A stretch of DNA of 64,000 bases from NCBI RefSeq assembly GCF_006345805.1, contig NC_043009.1:1860001-1924000 (forward strand), read 5' to 3'. Origin of the DNA: Octopus sinensis (taxonomy: Eukaryota). Under the pieces are notes generated by a model. The model searched no databases. It was not told the DNA's origin and saw only the letters and a program-made list of their open reading frames with translations. Position 1 is the stretch's first letter. Each line of letters begins with the position of its first letter. Below, in pieces: positions 39,095 through 54,810 of this stretch. The translations under genes and the position numbers were made by a program.

Positions 39095-39615
39095 CCGTAA
39101 ATCTTCGAATATAGACCGCCCTTGATTATAATACGCAGGGGTTTTTAGTGGGTTGCACCTCTGTTAAACCTAAACCTTTTGTATAATACACACTCCTTCT
39201 CTAACTTGAGTCGTGCGTAATAAAGCCAGTAGCACTTAGTCGAACAAACACTTCCGCGCATGCGTAATACAATAATGGCGATGTTCTTAACTGTTATATG
39301 GGAATGTAAATATGATTGCAAATTGTTTTTGTTATATGTTATTCCGTGTTCTGAATACTTTTATTTTAATAAATGTTGCTTACTGCAAGTTATGGATGAT
39401 TCTTTTATGATTTCATTACTTTCAGGCTTAGCTTAAGGTATTTTCGCGCCCGACAACACAAAAGGCGTCTGAATAAACATTGCCGGACAGCAAATAGAGA
39501 CTCGGACATTGCTTAGAAAATATTTTTCATTTTTAACCTCGTATATAGTACGCACTAGAGATTTTGACCTTTACATTTTGGGTAAAAAATGCGGATTGTA
39601 CTCGAGGATTTACGG
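39095..39615. mobile_element. Tc1/mariner (Tc2/pogo-like) MITE
   Basis: TIRs CCGTAAATCTTCGAATA and TACTCGAGGATTTACGG; TA on the left, TC on the right. Confidence 0.7.
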
Positions 39616-40243
39616 TCTATATATTTAATGTATCAATATCCAACTAATCTCTTTTCAGTTATGAAAAACAACTTTTAACTCATTCTGAGACGTTGAAGCT
39701 AATCCAACCGGTAAATACCAATTTCGAATTAATTTCATCGCTTCTGGTTCTCATACTCGCTTTATACACGTGTCAAGTTTTTGTGACTGTCACCGCTCAT
39801 TCATTAAACTACTCTTAACGACCTTCATCTCTCTGTCAGCTCTTAGCATTCGGCTTCCTTTGTTTTACATGCTATCGCTCATAGCATCCAGATAATTGAA
39901 GCTTTCAACACCTCTTCTATGGATTCTGCAACACACCTCCTACTACATAAAACGCTTTGCTGGCCTCCGTTTTAGATTCGTGTTCTCTGATCAATGCTGC
40001 CCTTATGGCTTCCATCTTTCCTTTCTATAACCAAATCAATGATTATAGCGTACATTTTTACAACTATATTTAAGGAAGCGCCTTCGGGCTGGGAAATGCA
40101 GTTATAACCCTTAAGATATTGTTAAAAAAGATGAAATTATACTCTACATGTTAAATATATGTGACCCTTTTTAGAATTGTGGGCAAATTAATTATTAAGT
40201 CTGCCTACCTGTTTACACGTCAGTCTGTCTGTCTGTGAGTCTG

Positions 40244-40385
<142 letters not shown>

Positions 40386-40451
40386 AAACTATCCCTGTTT
40401 CTCTCCCCCTCTCTTTCTCTCTATCTACCCGCCCGTCTGTATGTCTATTTG

Positions 40452-40485
<34 letters not shown>

Positions 40486-41127
40486 CCTGTCCCTCTCTCT
40501 CCCTCCCCCTCTCTTACTCCATCTCCCCTCCCTCTCTTTTAAAGAGTCATAAGCAAGCTTTCCCTCCTAAGGAGAAGACAAAAAAAAAAACACTTAAGAA
40601 TGTTAATGATGTTAACTGCTGTATAAAACGGCTGAAAACAGTTCCCGGTTTCGACCCGGGAAATTGAGGAGCACCATAGGTTGGATCCGAAACATCTGTC
40701 CCTTCGTTTGGCACGGGAGGCGAAACACACCGTCTACGCGCAGTTTTACCTGAAATACAACCTAACTTACAGTTAAAGTTAGAATTAATACTATTCTAAC
40801 CTGTATTTTATTCACAAATCTACATTGCTGACTTTTGATTAAAAGGCAAGATTATTGATTCTCAAATCCCCCGACCAAAACTATCCGCGAGCACCATGGG
40901 TGTTTAATTAGAGATTAAAATCAGCTTCAGAAGATTAATGAAGGAAGATACATCATTGCCTTATAATAGATGATAATGATGATGGTGATGTTGATGATGA
41001 TGACGATGATTATGATGATGATAACGCGAGTAATAATGATTATTTAACAACAACAGCAACACTACTACCCTCCCCCACCCCCACTACAATCAATAACAAC
41101 AACAACAACAACGACAACAATAATAAC

Positions 41128-41172
<45 letters not shown>

Positions 41173-41542
41173 CATAGATCTGTCAGGAAGATGTAAAACA
41201 ACGTGGAGCTACTAATACAACAAAGAGAAATTTAGTATTGGCTAATAAACATGCATTTCTTCTTCTTCTTCCTCCTCCTCCTCCTCCTCCTCTTCTTCTT
41301 CTTCTTCTTCTTCTTCTTCTTCTTCTTCTTGTTATTATTATTATCTTAACAAACTGCTAATACTAATTGTACTACTACTACTATCACCACCACCACCGCC
41401 GCCGCTGCAGTCGTCGTCGTCGTCATCATCTTCAGCATCAAAACTGTATAACCTAGCTACAAGCATTAAACTGCGCAGAGCGCATATGCTTGAATATTTA
41501 CATACATGCAAACATACGTACATACGTACACACACGCGCACG

Positions 41543-41573
<31 letters not shown>

Positions 41574-41911
41574 ACGCATACACACGCGCAGACACACGCA
41601 CGCACACACACATATAAACACATATAGATACGTACATTTTATTGAAATACATACCAACACTCACACACACACACACACACACTCACACACACACTCACAC
41701 TCACACACGCACATGTAGCCGTCATTGCTCGGCTCAGACGGTTGGCACCCTTCACTGGCCATGTCTTTCATTCGTCTTTATAGTTCCAGTCTTTAACCTA
41801 TAGCCATACTCTAGCACAGATTTCTGAAGATGTAGCTGATTGCTATACAGTTCTACAAAATATACTTTTTTAGCGAACACAACATATATATCATATATAT
41901 GTGTATATATA

Positions 41912-41967
<56 letters not shown>

Positions 41968-41993
41968 TAAGGATACATAAACAATATATATAT

Positions 41994-42025
<32 letters not shown>

Positions 42026-42035
42026 AGGATACATA

Positions 42036-42071
<36 letters not shown>

Positions 42072-42194
42072 CTTTTCATTTAGAATATATTCGCGGACAT
42101 ACGGAACGATTCCGGCTGGATTATTTCCAATCCTGTATTGGCGTTCTATAAGCGACCGAACAGTCTCTAATTGTCCTGGGGAACGTTGCTTACG

Positions 42195-42990
42195 ACTGTA
42201 CTAGTTTCTCGGACGGTCGGCCTTCTAGGGTCTTCTTCCTGCTTATGTTATGGTGGATGTGGATTAAGGTTTACTTGTAACAGTTTTAAAACATTAACAT
42301 CATCAAAGTCTCCGGTCTTGGAGGGCCTGCCAAGGTTATGGGAAGATATATCAAGTAAAAGACGCCTTGGCCTTTGAGTTCTCCAAAGACTTAGAATTAA
42401 AGGTAAGTTTGGAGGAACAATTAATATACATGTTCTATGACTCTCTCATAGGAGAACTGAAAGGCCAAAATGTCTTTTACTTACTAAATCTGGTGGAAGA
42501 GACACAGCCTATAACCTTGGAAAGCCCTGCACGACCGCTGACTTCGATGGTGTTAAAACATTCCCATCAGTTTTTATTTTGTTGTTTTGAATGATTTTAG
42601 AAGGATGAATATTAAAGTAGATCTGGATTTCGTTTGAAATTAGAATATAAAAGGGGGCAACAAATTATACATTAGCGTATCAAACCAAACAGCAGAAATT
42701 TATCTTCACCATATCCAGTTTACTTAAAGTTACAGGAGAGCTTGCAGGAAGTATTAATAAACAGTAGTCCTGTGATTTTGCCATAGGAGAGCTCAAAGAT
42801 CAAGATGTCTTTTAATTACTATATCTGGGGGAAGGGACACTGCCCATAACCTTGGCAAGCCCTGCAAGAACAGTGAATTTTATTGGTGTTAATTTTCTTG
42901 TAAGACTGTTAGAAGTAAACCTTGATCCGCTTCCACCAAAAAACATAAACAGGAAGAAGATTCCGGAGAAGCGACTGTCCGAGAAGTAAG
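42195..42990. repeat. Three diverged copies of a ~190-bp unit, one inverted
   Basis: The reverse complement of 42195-42390 aligns with 42447-42560 and 42781-42990 (shared CATAACCTTGG, GTAAACCTT, AGGAAGAAG). Confidence 0.75.
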
Positions 42991-43529
42991 GACAGTCATG
43001 GTGGTTCATGGTGGGTTGGATGCAACAAGAGTGACAAGATGAGGAGAGACGAATGTCTTGGGAACGCCTGAGTAGAGGAGGTATGAGAGCAATCAGCAGA
43101 AAGGAAAAGAAGCGGTTATAGTTATAAGAGAACAGAGAGATAAGTGACACTGAACGGGTGAAGCAGAGGCTGAAATGGGTCCGTTGGTGATTTAATGCTG
43201 ACCAGTCGAGTGACCGTTCTGTGGATGTGACAATCATTAAAGACAAATGAGAACGAGTACTGTGGATTAAATGGTCAGCTCACAATGCATTAAATCAATT
43301 TATCGGTTTTTGTCTTTCGTTGTATATATTGAATTTTATCGATATTGTAATGCTTTTGCCCTCCAAGTCCATGATTATCGGTGCGTTCATAGTGTTCCGT
43401 TTCAACGTTGCACTTGTTACTCATGGACATAATGGTGGTGGTTAAACAAGCAGAGAAAGAGCCGGTTTCTATCTTAGATCCAAGTAAAAGATAAAACGAT
43501 GAAAATAGAAATGAAATAAATAAATAGGC

Positions 43530-43669
43530 TCAGGCGTGGCTGTGTGGTAAGAAGTTCTAGGTTCAGTCCCACTGCGTGGCACCCTGGGCAAGTGTCTTCT
43601 CCTATAGACTTGAGTCGACTAAAACCGTGTGAGTGGATTCGGTAGACGGAAACTGAAGAAGCCCGTCAT

Positions 43670-43701
<32 letters not shown>

Positions 43702-43708
43702 ATATATA

Positions 43709-43757
<49 letters not shown>

Positions 43758-43845
43758 TATAATAATAATAATTATTTGAAGGAATATTAATCCTAACTTA
43801 CAGGGAAAAAATGCAATTTAGAAATACTAAATCAAATTTCACACA

Positions 43846-43891
<46 letters not shown>

Positions 43892-44060
43892 ATATAATTA
43901 GAAAAACAATTATATACGTTTTTATTATTTTTTTTTGCAATTTACTTAATCATAGGTATTTTATTGTTATTTTAATTTTAATATTTCTATTATATGTAAT
44001 TTTCTAGATGGTGTAATTTAATTGTTCATTTTGAATTAATAAAAGGTGTTTTTTTCTAAC

Positions 44061-44110
<50 letters not shown>

Positions 44111-44420
44111 GTATGTATGTGTATGTGTATGTATGTATGCATGTATGTATTACGTATGTATGCATGTGTGTGTGTGTATTTATGTGTGCGTGTCTTTGTG
44201 TCTGTGTTTCTACCCCATCACCGCTCGACAGCCGATGTTCGTGCGTTAACGTCCCCGTAACTTAGTGGTTCAGCAAAAGAGAGCGTTTGCAAAAGTACTA
44301 GGCTTAAAGATATTAATAAAAAGGCCTGGGATCGATTTGTTCGACTAAAACCCCTCCAGGAGGCGCTCCAGCAACGTTGCAGTCAAATGACTGAACCAAG
44401 TAAAAGAAAACAGGAATAAA
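43530..44420 (+). mobile_element. SINE B split by an expanded internal TA/TG tract and an AT-rich insert
   Basis: Head at 43530-43670, tail at 44180-44420. Confidence 0.65.
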
Positions 44421-44479
44421 AGAAAACGATGTTGGTAGGATTAAGAATAAAAGATGCACGAGATAACTCACATATTCTT

Positions 44480-44850
44480 TTATTCCTTTATTCTTTTCAG
44501 TCATTTGGCTGCGGCCTTTGCTGGAGCACCACCTTTAGTCGAACAGATCGACCCCGCCAGGACTTATTGTTTGTAAGCCTAGTATTTACCCTATCGGCCT
44601 CTTTTGCCGATCCGCTAAGTTACGGGGACGTAAACACACATACATCGGTTGTCAAGCGATAGTGTAGGGGATGGTACATACATAGACATACAAATACATA
44701 CATATACACTATTTCAGTTTCCGTCTACCATATCCACTCACAAGGCTATAGTAAAAGACACATGCCCAAGGTGCCACGCAGTGGGACTGAACCCGAAACC
44801 ATGTGGTTGGGAAGCAAGCTTCTTACCACACAGCCACACCTGCGCCTATA
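44480..44850 (-). mobile_element. SINE B, full length
   Basis: Reverse complement of B. Confidence 0.9.
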
Positions 44851-44889
44851 TATATATATATTTAGATTGCTAGTCACTACACATTCTTT

Positions 44890-45045
44890 ATTTTATCTCC
44901 TTGTTTCTTTCTGTGAAAGAGCGTAGGCTCGAAACGTTTAAGACTTTTTCACTTCTCGAGCGTTCTACGAATACATCTGTTTGTTGTCTACACCACCTGT
45001 TATTGTCTTTTGTTTTCTTGTGAATTGTCCCTATATATATATATA
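44890..45045 (+). mobile_element. Penelope-like repeat end with hammerhead-like motif
   Basis: CTTT-CTGTGAA-A-GAGC(GTAG)GCTC-GAAACGTT at 44907-44938; related to 46690-46900 in the opposite orientation. Confidence 0.55.
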
Positions 45046-45047
45046 TA

Positions 45048-45103
<56 letters not shown>

Positions 45104-45430
45104 TGTGTGTGTAAATATATATATATATATTATATATTCCCAATAAATAGACGTAATATAAACTCTCGTACAACACTTATTTCTCCACATGATACCAAAA
45201 CAAGCAGCGTATCTTATGATAGAGTTCTGCTCCTTTTGTGGTTCTTTTATTCTTCCTTCTCTCTTTTGTCTTTACGGAGTAAGTCTTACTGCTTTTGGTT
45301 TTCACTCTCACCTCTCACCTCTCCACGACACAGTCGGTCCCTACTTATCATGGATATCCGACTCGACCACACTATAAGGACAACGCTTATTACGTGACAA
45401 CTAAAACAATCGCTTAAATGTGAATGTAGA

Positions 45431-45492
<62 letters not shown>

Positions 45493-46635
45493 TTACTACT
45501 ACTACTACTACTACTACTATTACTACTACCATACCGCACCTCGAACGAGATACCTGTCCGTCATAAGGTTAGTATACAGATAAATTATACGTAGTGTTCG
45601 TTCCAAGAATCGAAACTGCAATCTTGCGAACAACATCATTACCATCATCTCTACGAATTCGCTGCCTGGAAACTGCTCTACCAAGAACTAGAAACAGAAC
45701 ATCGGTTAGGCCCAGCAAACACACACACACACCCACCCCCAAAAAACTACCTCTTACTTAAAAGGAGAGGTTTCTATGTAAGTACAAGAGCAGTTGTATG
45801 TGTTAATATATAACGAATGTTAGAGTCGTTGCTCTTGACCTCTCATCAATCTAAGTCCGAACTGTTTGTTTAGCGATACTCGGCTACTAAAAGCAATGTA
45901 ATTATAGAGAAATACAGTGTGTGTATATGTGTGTGTATATGTGTGTGTGTGTGTGTGGATAGATGTATCTAAGAGTCGAATGACTATGCAATCTCAAATA
46001 CACTTGCAGACACACATTTCGACACATGTATATGTGTGTGCTTAAACACTGCCCCACACACAAAACACATACAGACACACAAAACACGTCATATGTGTAT
46101 GCATGTATATATATATATATATATATAGGCATACAAATACGTATATATTACATATACATACGTATATATGCGTATATTGGCGACCGAATAGCCTAGCGAC
46201 AGGGTGGTATCCCGTGGAGGGACCGGGTATGTACGTTTATTTCACACACATACACACGTATATACTACATCATTATAAAATCATATCACATATATGTATA
46301 TCTATCTAATGTGGATATCTTTCTTATATAACTGATGTATATTCGTGGAAACAATATGGCGTAATCTTAAGTTCAGCGCACGATACTAAAAGATCTCGTA
46401 TTTTTTTTCTCGAGAGTTGAGTAATCTCGCGTGTATAGCAACTGAGTTAATGTAATTATAATATTATAATGTAACATGTCATAATATCGTCATATGATGT
46501 AACTGTGTTATAATGTTGTTCGAATTCTGTGGATCCGCAAATTCTCAGTTTGTATTGGTATTCGATCAAATGGTTTCGTTGCTTTATTATTCAATGGAGT
46601 GCGGCTGGTAGACAGAAACTGTCGGGAAGCCCGCC

Positions 46636-46689
<54 letters not shown>

Positions 46690-46692
<3 letters not shown>

Positions 46693-46900
46693 AGGAGAGT
46701 TTACGAATAAAACAAAAGACGAAGACAGGTGGTGTACAAAACAAACAGATGTATTAGTATAACGCTCAGGAATAGAAAAACTCTTTTACGTTTCGAGCCT
46801 ATGCTCTTCTACAGAAAGGGACACAGAAAAAACAAGGAGAGAAACAAGGAGAGAAAAAAGAAGAGAAAAAAAGGAGAGAAACAAGGAGAGAAAAAAAGGA
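46690..46900 (-). mobile_element. Penelope-like repeat end with hammerhead-like motif
   Basis: CUUU-CUGUAGA-A-GAGC(AUAG)GCUC-GAAACGUA-AAAG at 46783-46818. Confidence 0.6.
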
Positions 46901-47069
46901 GAGAAAAATGTGTGTAGTGGCTAACGATCTACCATATATATATATATATATATACTCTTTTTATTTTCCTTTTCTTTGCTAGCTTCAGTTCGAGGACAGC
47001 GGCCATGCTGGGGCACCCCCGTTATATATTTACATATATATGTGTGCGCTTGTGTGTGTGTGTTTTTAT

Positions 47070-47113
<44 letters not shown>

Positions 47114-47320
47114 TTAATACCACTACTACTACAACTAATATAACTGCTACTGTTGTTATTATTACTACTACTACTACCACTACTACAACTGCTGCTGCTA
47201 CTGTTACTACTACTACTACAACTACCACTACCACTACTACAACTGCTGCTACTGCTGCTGCTGTTACTACTACTACTACTGCCACCACTACTACTACTAC
47301 TGCTGCTACTACTACTACTA

Positions 47321-47356
<36 letters not shown>

Positions 47357-48329
47357 AAGTATTGCTGCTGCTGGTATTGTTGTTGCTACATCTACGCACA
47401 TCCACACATCCAAACACAATATTTGTAGCCAAGTGCCTAACTTAAAAATCATTACCACACGGCGGAGTGGGGGAAGGTTATCATTATTAATATTATTATT
47501 ATTATTATTATTATTACTATTATTTCTGCGTGTGTGTGTATATCTGTGTGTGTGTGTGTGTGTACGCGTGTAGTGTTTGGCATTAAAATTTTAGACATTT
47601 GAAGAACGGAATTTAATCAATTGTGACAGTTTGCATTACAAAATGTTTCAAGAATTGTGTCCAAGACACACAAGAAAACAACACAGCACTTGGCCTTATT
47701 TCAAAGCAAACCTATTCCGGAGTTTGGAATTTTTGAGTCTTGTTGTTGTTGTTGTTTTACTTGAAAGTATTTGTTGTTATTGGTTTTGTTTTCTTTGTTG
47801 TTGTTGTTGATATTTTCCCATGGGTTTTACCTTCGAGTGTTTCCTTCCACTTACATCTTGTTTGACATCGTCGTCGTAGACGTCCCCCTTGATGTTGTTG
47901 TTGTTGCTGTTGTCGTAGTCCTCGTTGTTGTTATTTTCACCCTTGTCACAATTGTGGCCAGTTTCTTCAACTTCGCAGTAAAATTGCTGTGGTAGTAGTA
48001 ATAGTAGTAGTGGTGGTGGTAGTAGTAGTGATGGCAGTGGTGGTGGTAGTAGTGTAGTGGTTGTGATAGTAGTAGTAGTAGTCGTGGTGGTGGTATGAGT
48101 AGTAGCAGTCGTGGTGGTGGTGTTGGTGGTGGTGGTGATGGTAGTAGTAGTAGAAGTCGTGGTGGTGTTGGTGGTGTTGTTGTTGGTGGTGGTAGTAGTA
48201 CAAGTCGTGGTGGTGGTGGTAGTGGTAATAGTAGTAGTAGTAGGAGTCACAGTGGTGGTGGTGGTAGTAATAGTAGTAGTAGTCGTGGTGGTGGTAGTAA
48301 TAGTAGCAGTAGTAGCAGCAGCAGTAGTT

Positions 48330-48384
<55 letters not shown>

Positions 48385-48791
48385 CAGTGGTTGTTTCTCT
48401 TGTCGCTATTGTTTTTGTTATTGTTGCTTTTATAAAAAGTTATTATTGCTGTTCTTCTTGTCTTCGTCGTCGTTGTTGTTGGTTTTGTTGCACCCTCCTC
48501 CCCTGCTGCCCTTCATTCTCATTTTCCGCCTTCTACTCCATCATCATCATCATCATCAACGCCACCACCGCTACAACTGCAACTACCTCCACCACATCCA
48601 CCACCACCACCACCACTCCACCACTACTACCATCATCATCATCGTTGTCGTCGTTGTCATCGTCGCCGTCATCATCATTATGGCAGTCATTGTCATCGTC
48701 ATCATCGCCATCATGACGAACATCATCATCACCATCACAAACACCAAAACCATGATGATGATGATGATGAGTATGATGATGATGATGATGT

Positions 48792-48840
<49 letters not shown>
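47070..48840. repeat. Low-complexity trinucleotide tracts (CTA, GTA/GTG, CAT, GAT)
   Basis: Directly visible. Confidence 0.9.
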
Positions 48841-48842
<2 letters not shown>

Positions 48843-48934
48843 AAATTTATTTTTGCTGTAAATTATTCAATGTTAAAATATTAATGAAATATTTCACTCC
48901 TGCAATGTACGGAATTCATGTCATTTGAAGACAG

Positions 48935-51792
<2,858 letters not shown>

Positions 51793-52396
51793 TAGTAGTA
51801 GTAGTATTAGCTGTATTAGTTGCAGTAATAGTAGCATGTGTGGTCGTACTAGAGTCGTTCTTATTTCCTTAAGAGGAGTAGGTGGCGGCGACCTGGCAGG
51901 ATTGTTACGACAACGGGCAAAATGCTCTTCTTCCCCCTCGTTCTCGTTCTCGTTCTCCTCCTCCTCTCCTCCTCTAATTCTCCTACTCCCACCCTCCTCC
52001 TCCTCCACCTCCTCCACTATCTCCATCACTATCTCTTCCTCCTCTTCTTTCTTCTCCATCTCCTCCACTATCTCCATCACTATCTCTTCCCTCCCTTCCC
52101 CCTCCTTCCCTTCCCCTCCCCTCCTCATAATCTAGACCAGTGGCTTTGAACCAGGGGATCCACATAAGATTTTGTTGTTAAAAATTATGTGCAATAGACT
52201 GATTGGACCTGTACAATGTACAAACTACTTAAACAGTTACGAAAGCAGTAACTAAACTGGAAAGTAATGTCTGCCGCCAGACCAACATGGCTGTTCGGCG
52301 TTACTACCGTTTTTAATCCCAGGATGAACCTCCTCCAGCTGGTTATCAATGCAGTCTGCACCCAGTATATATTCCAAGCAAGGGAGTAAACCCTTA

Positions 52397-52490
52397 CTAT
52401 CTTCTAGCAGACGACGGGATCATCAGACCGAACAGTTTCGGGCTATTTGTGCCCATCGTCAGTGGTGAACACCCGGCCGCTGGATAATAG
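52397..52490 (-). ncRNA. Type I hammerhead ribozyme, intact core with extended stem I
   Basis: UCACCA-CUGACGA-U-GGGC(ACAAAUA)GCCC-GAAA-CUGUUCG-GUC-UGAUGA. Predicted cleavage after 52426; stem I extends through GGG/CCC, CGGC/GUCG, CAG/CUG and CUAU/AUAG. Confidence 0.75.
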
Positions 52491-53072
52491 CAGAAATTCG
52501 CCCTAGGTCGCAATATATAGAAAACCAAGTGGCAATCAGTCAGTGATTTTGCAACGATCAAAGTAGCTAGCTAGAAAATCTCTGAGATGTGACATCTAAT
52601 AGGTGTTTTTAGACATCGAATGGTAATAAGGGTCTCCTTGCTGAGTAAAACAGAGATAATAGGTAAAAGTGGTTGAGAACTACGAAGATGTTTCCATCGT
52701 TTCTTTTTCTCTCCTCACTGTTTTTACACGAAATATCTTGTATTTTGCCCTAAACACCCATTTTGTGTTTCTAAAACAACTTAATATAAAAAAGAAAAAA
52801 AAAGTAGCTCCCACCTAAAAAAAAAAAAGTTTTGCCTCTTTAATTTTTTTTTATCGTATGCTTGTTCTAATCATTGGACTGCAGCCATGCTGTAGTACCG
52901 TCTTGAAGAGTTTAGCTGAACAACTTGACCTCAGTAGTTCTTTTTTAAAGTCTAATTCTTATTTGATTGACCTCATTTTGCAAAACCACTATGTTGCGGA
53001 AATGTAAACAAACCCGCATCGGTTGTCAAGCGATAGTGGGGGACAAGCACAAACACACACACACACACACAC

Positions 53073-53116
<44 letters not shown>

Positions 53117-53185
53117 ACACACACACAAAACAAAAATACACACACACACATATACGACAGACTTGCACATAGTCTTCGTCTATCA

Positions 53186-53378
53186 AATTCAACTTGGAGG
53201 CATAGTAGAGGCACTAGAGTAGCTAGAATGTGTGCCGTTCGGGTAACCCTTTCGTTTGCCGTCACTGCACCCCACAAAAGAAAAAAACATATTGCCTATA
53301 GCAGACCCAAAAGTGGTGCCCCTTTAAAAGTGCCGCCCGGGGCGGACTGCCCCTACCGCTCCTACCTCGCTACGCCTG
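53186..53378. mobile_element. Small GC-rich hAT-like MITE nested in a degenerate SINE B (about 52850-53455, minus)
   Basis: Imperfect TIRs GAGGCATAG/CTACGCCTG with GTGCCGCCCGGGGCGG subterminal motifs; SINE sequence resumes on both sides. Confidence 0.4.
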
Positions 53379-53870
53379 TGAGTAAAGGACATTTGACCAA
53401 GGTGCCGTGTAGTGGGACTGAACTCAAAATCACGTGGTTGCAAAGCGAGCTTCTTATGTTGAAATGAAATTACGTTTAGACATATAAGATGGTAGACAAC
53501 GTTTGTATTGACTTGAGGGTGATTTGGTTGCTATTTGTTGCAGGTCTAGTGATGATATAGTGGTTCCCATCATTGTTTCATCTGCCAATCATTGTTATCC
53601 AAAATTCTGCAAAAATCCCCTGAAGTGTCTTGCTTTCACAGTCACACTCTTCTAATATAAATAAACAAACAAAGCAATAAAACCCATTAAAGTGTCTCGT
53701 TTGCACACGCAACATCATCTTCATGTAATACGATAGATAAGGTGCATGTTTTGCCTCGTCTCCCGGTCGTTGTTACAGGAAATTCTGCGAAGATAACGCA
53801 GAGCATATTTTCCCAGAAACGCCCATTTTTTCCATTTTATCTCCTTTCAAGTTAAAAAAAAAATATAAAA

Positions 53871-54810
53871 AAATATATATCATTTGTAAGACGATAGACA
53901 AGGTGTGGTTTGAGAGAAATTTGGCTAAGTTTTCTAGCAGGTCGATTTCGAAAGAAAACTCCCGCTCTTCCATTTCTAAAAGAAAATGCCACCTTTTTCG
54001 CAGATCCAATATTATATTTCATCATATAAAGGTGGTGAGCTGACAGAGTCATTAGCGAGTCGGACAAAAAAGATTAATGGTATTTCTTTCTGCTCTATAC
54101 GACCAGACTTCAAAATCAGCCGAGGCCGACTCTGCCTTTCATCATTTTGAGGTCGATAAAGTGAAATATCAGCCAAGAATTCTTCTACTCTGAAAAAAAT
54201 TGCTGGCCTGGTAGCAAAATTTGAAAGAATCATATTTCATTACATGAAAGACGATAGAATGTGGTTCAAGGGAAAATTGACTGTTATTTCTTCCATGTTG
54301 ATCTCAAAAGAAAAGAATCTTTTCTTCCATTTCCAAAAGAAAATGTCTCTCTTCTTGTATAACTAACGCTATTATATTTCATCATATGAAAGATAATTGA
54401 TAGGATGTGATTTGAGGGATATTTGGCTTTTATTTCTATCAGGTTAACCTGAAAGAGAAGTCCATCTATTCCATTAAAAGAAAATGCTGCTCTTTTTTGT
54501 AGAACCAATGCTATGATATTTCATCATGTAAAAGATGATAGGATGTCGTTTGAGGGATATTTGGTTGTTATTTTTAGCAGGTTAACCTGAAAGGAAAGTC
54601 CATCTCTTCCATTTGTTCCATTAAAACAAAATGTCGCTCTCTTTTATAGAACCAATGCTTTAATATTTCATCACAAGAAGGATGATAGGATGTCGTTTGA
54701 GGGATATTTGGTTGTTATTTCTAGCAGGTTGATCTCAAAGGAAAAAAATAACCCTTCTCTTCTATGTCTAAAAGAAAATGTCGCCTTTCTCGTAAGAACC
54801 AACGTATTTC
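53871..54810. repeat. ~140-bp minisatellite, about 5 units, with a SINE A inserted at 54031-54230
   Basis: Recurring TTGAGGGATATTTGG, CTAGCAGGT and AAAAGAAAATG at about 140-bp spacing. Confidence 0.85.

Noticed and set aside
42812-43246. 144-aa minus-strand ORF
   Set aside because: Overlaps the triplicated repeat unit; probably the antisense shadow of decayed TE sequence.
47777-48844. Second Thr/Ser/Gly-rich mucin-like ORFs
   Set aside because: Nearly pure trinucleotide tracts with no unique flanking peptide or splice signals.
53871-54810. CRISPR-like array
   Set aside because: Units are ~140-bp diverged tandem repeats with no unique spacers and no cas genes, in a eukaryotic context.
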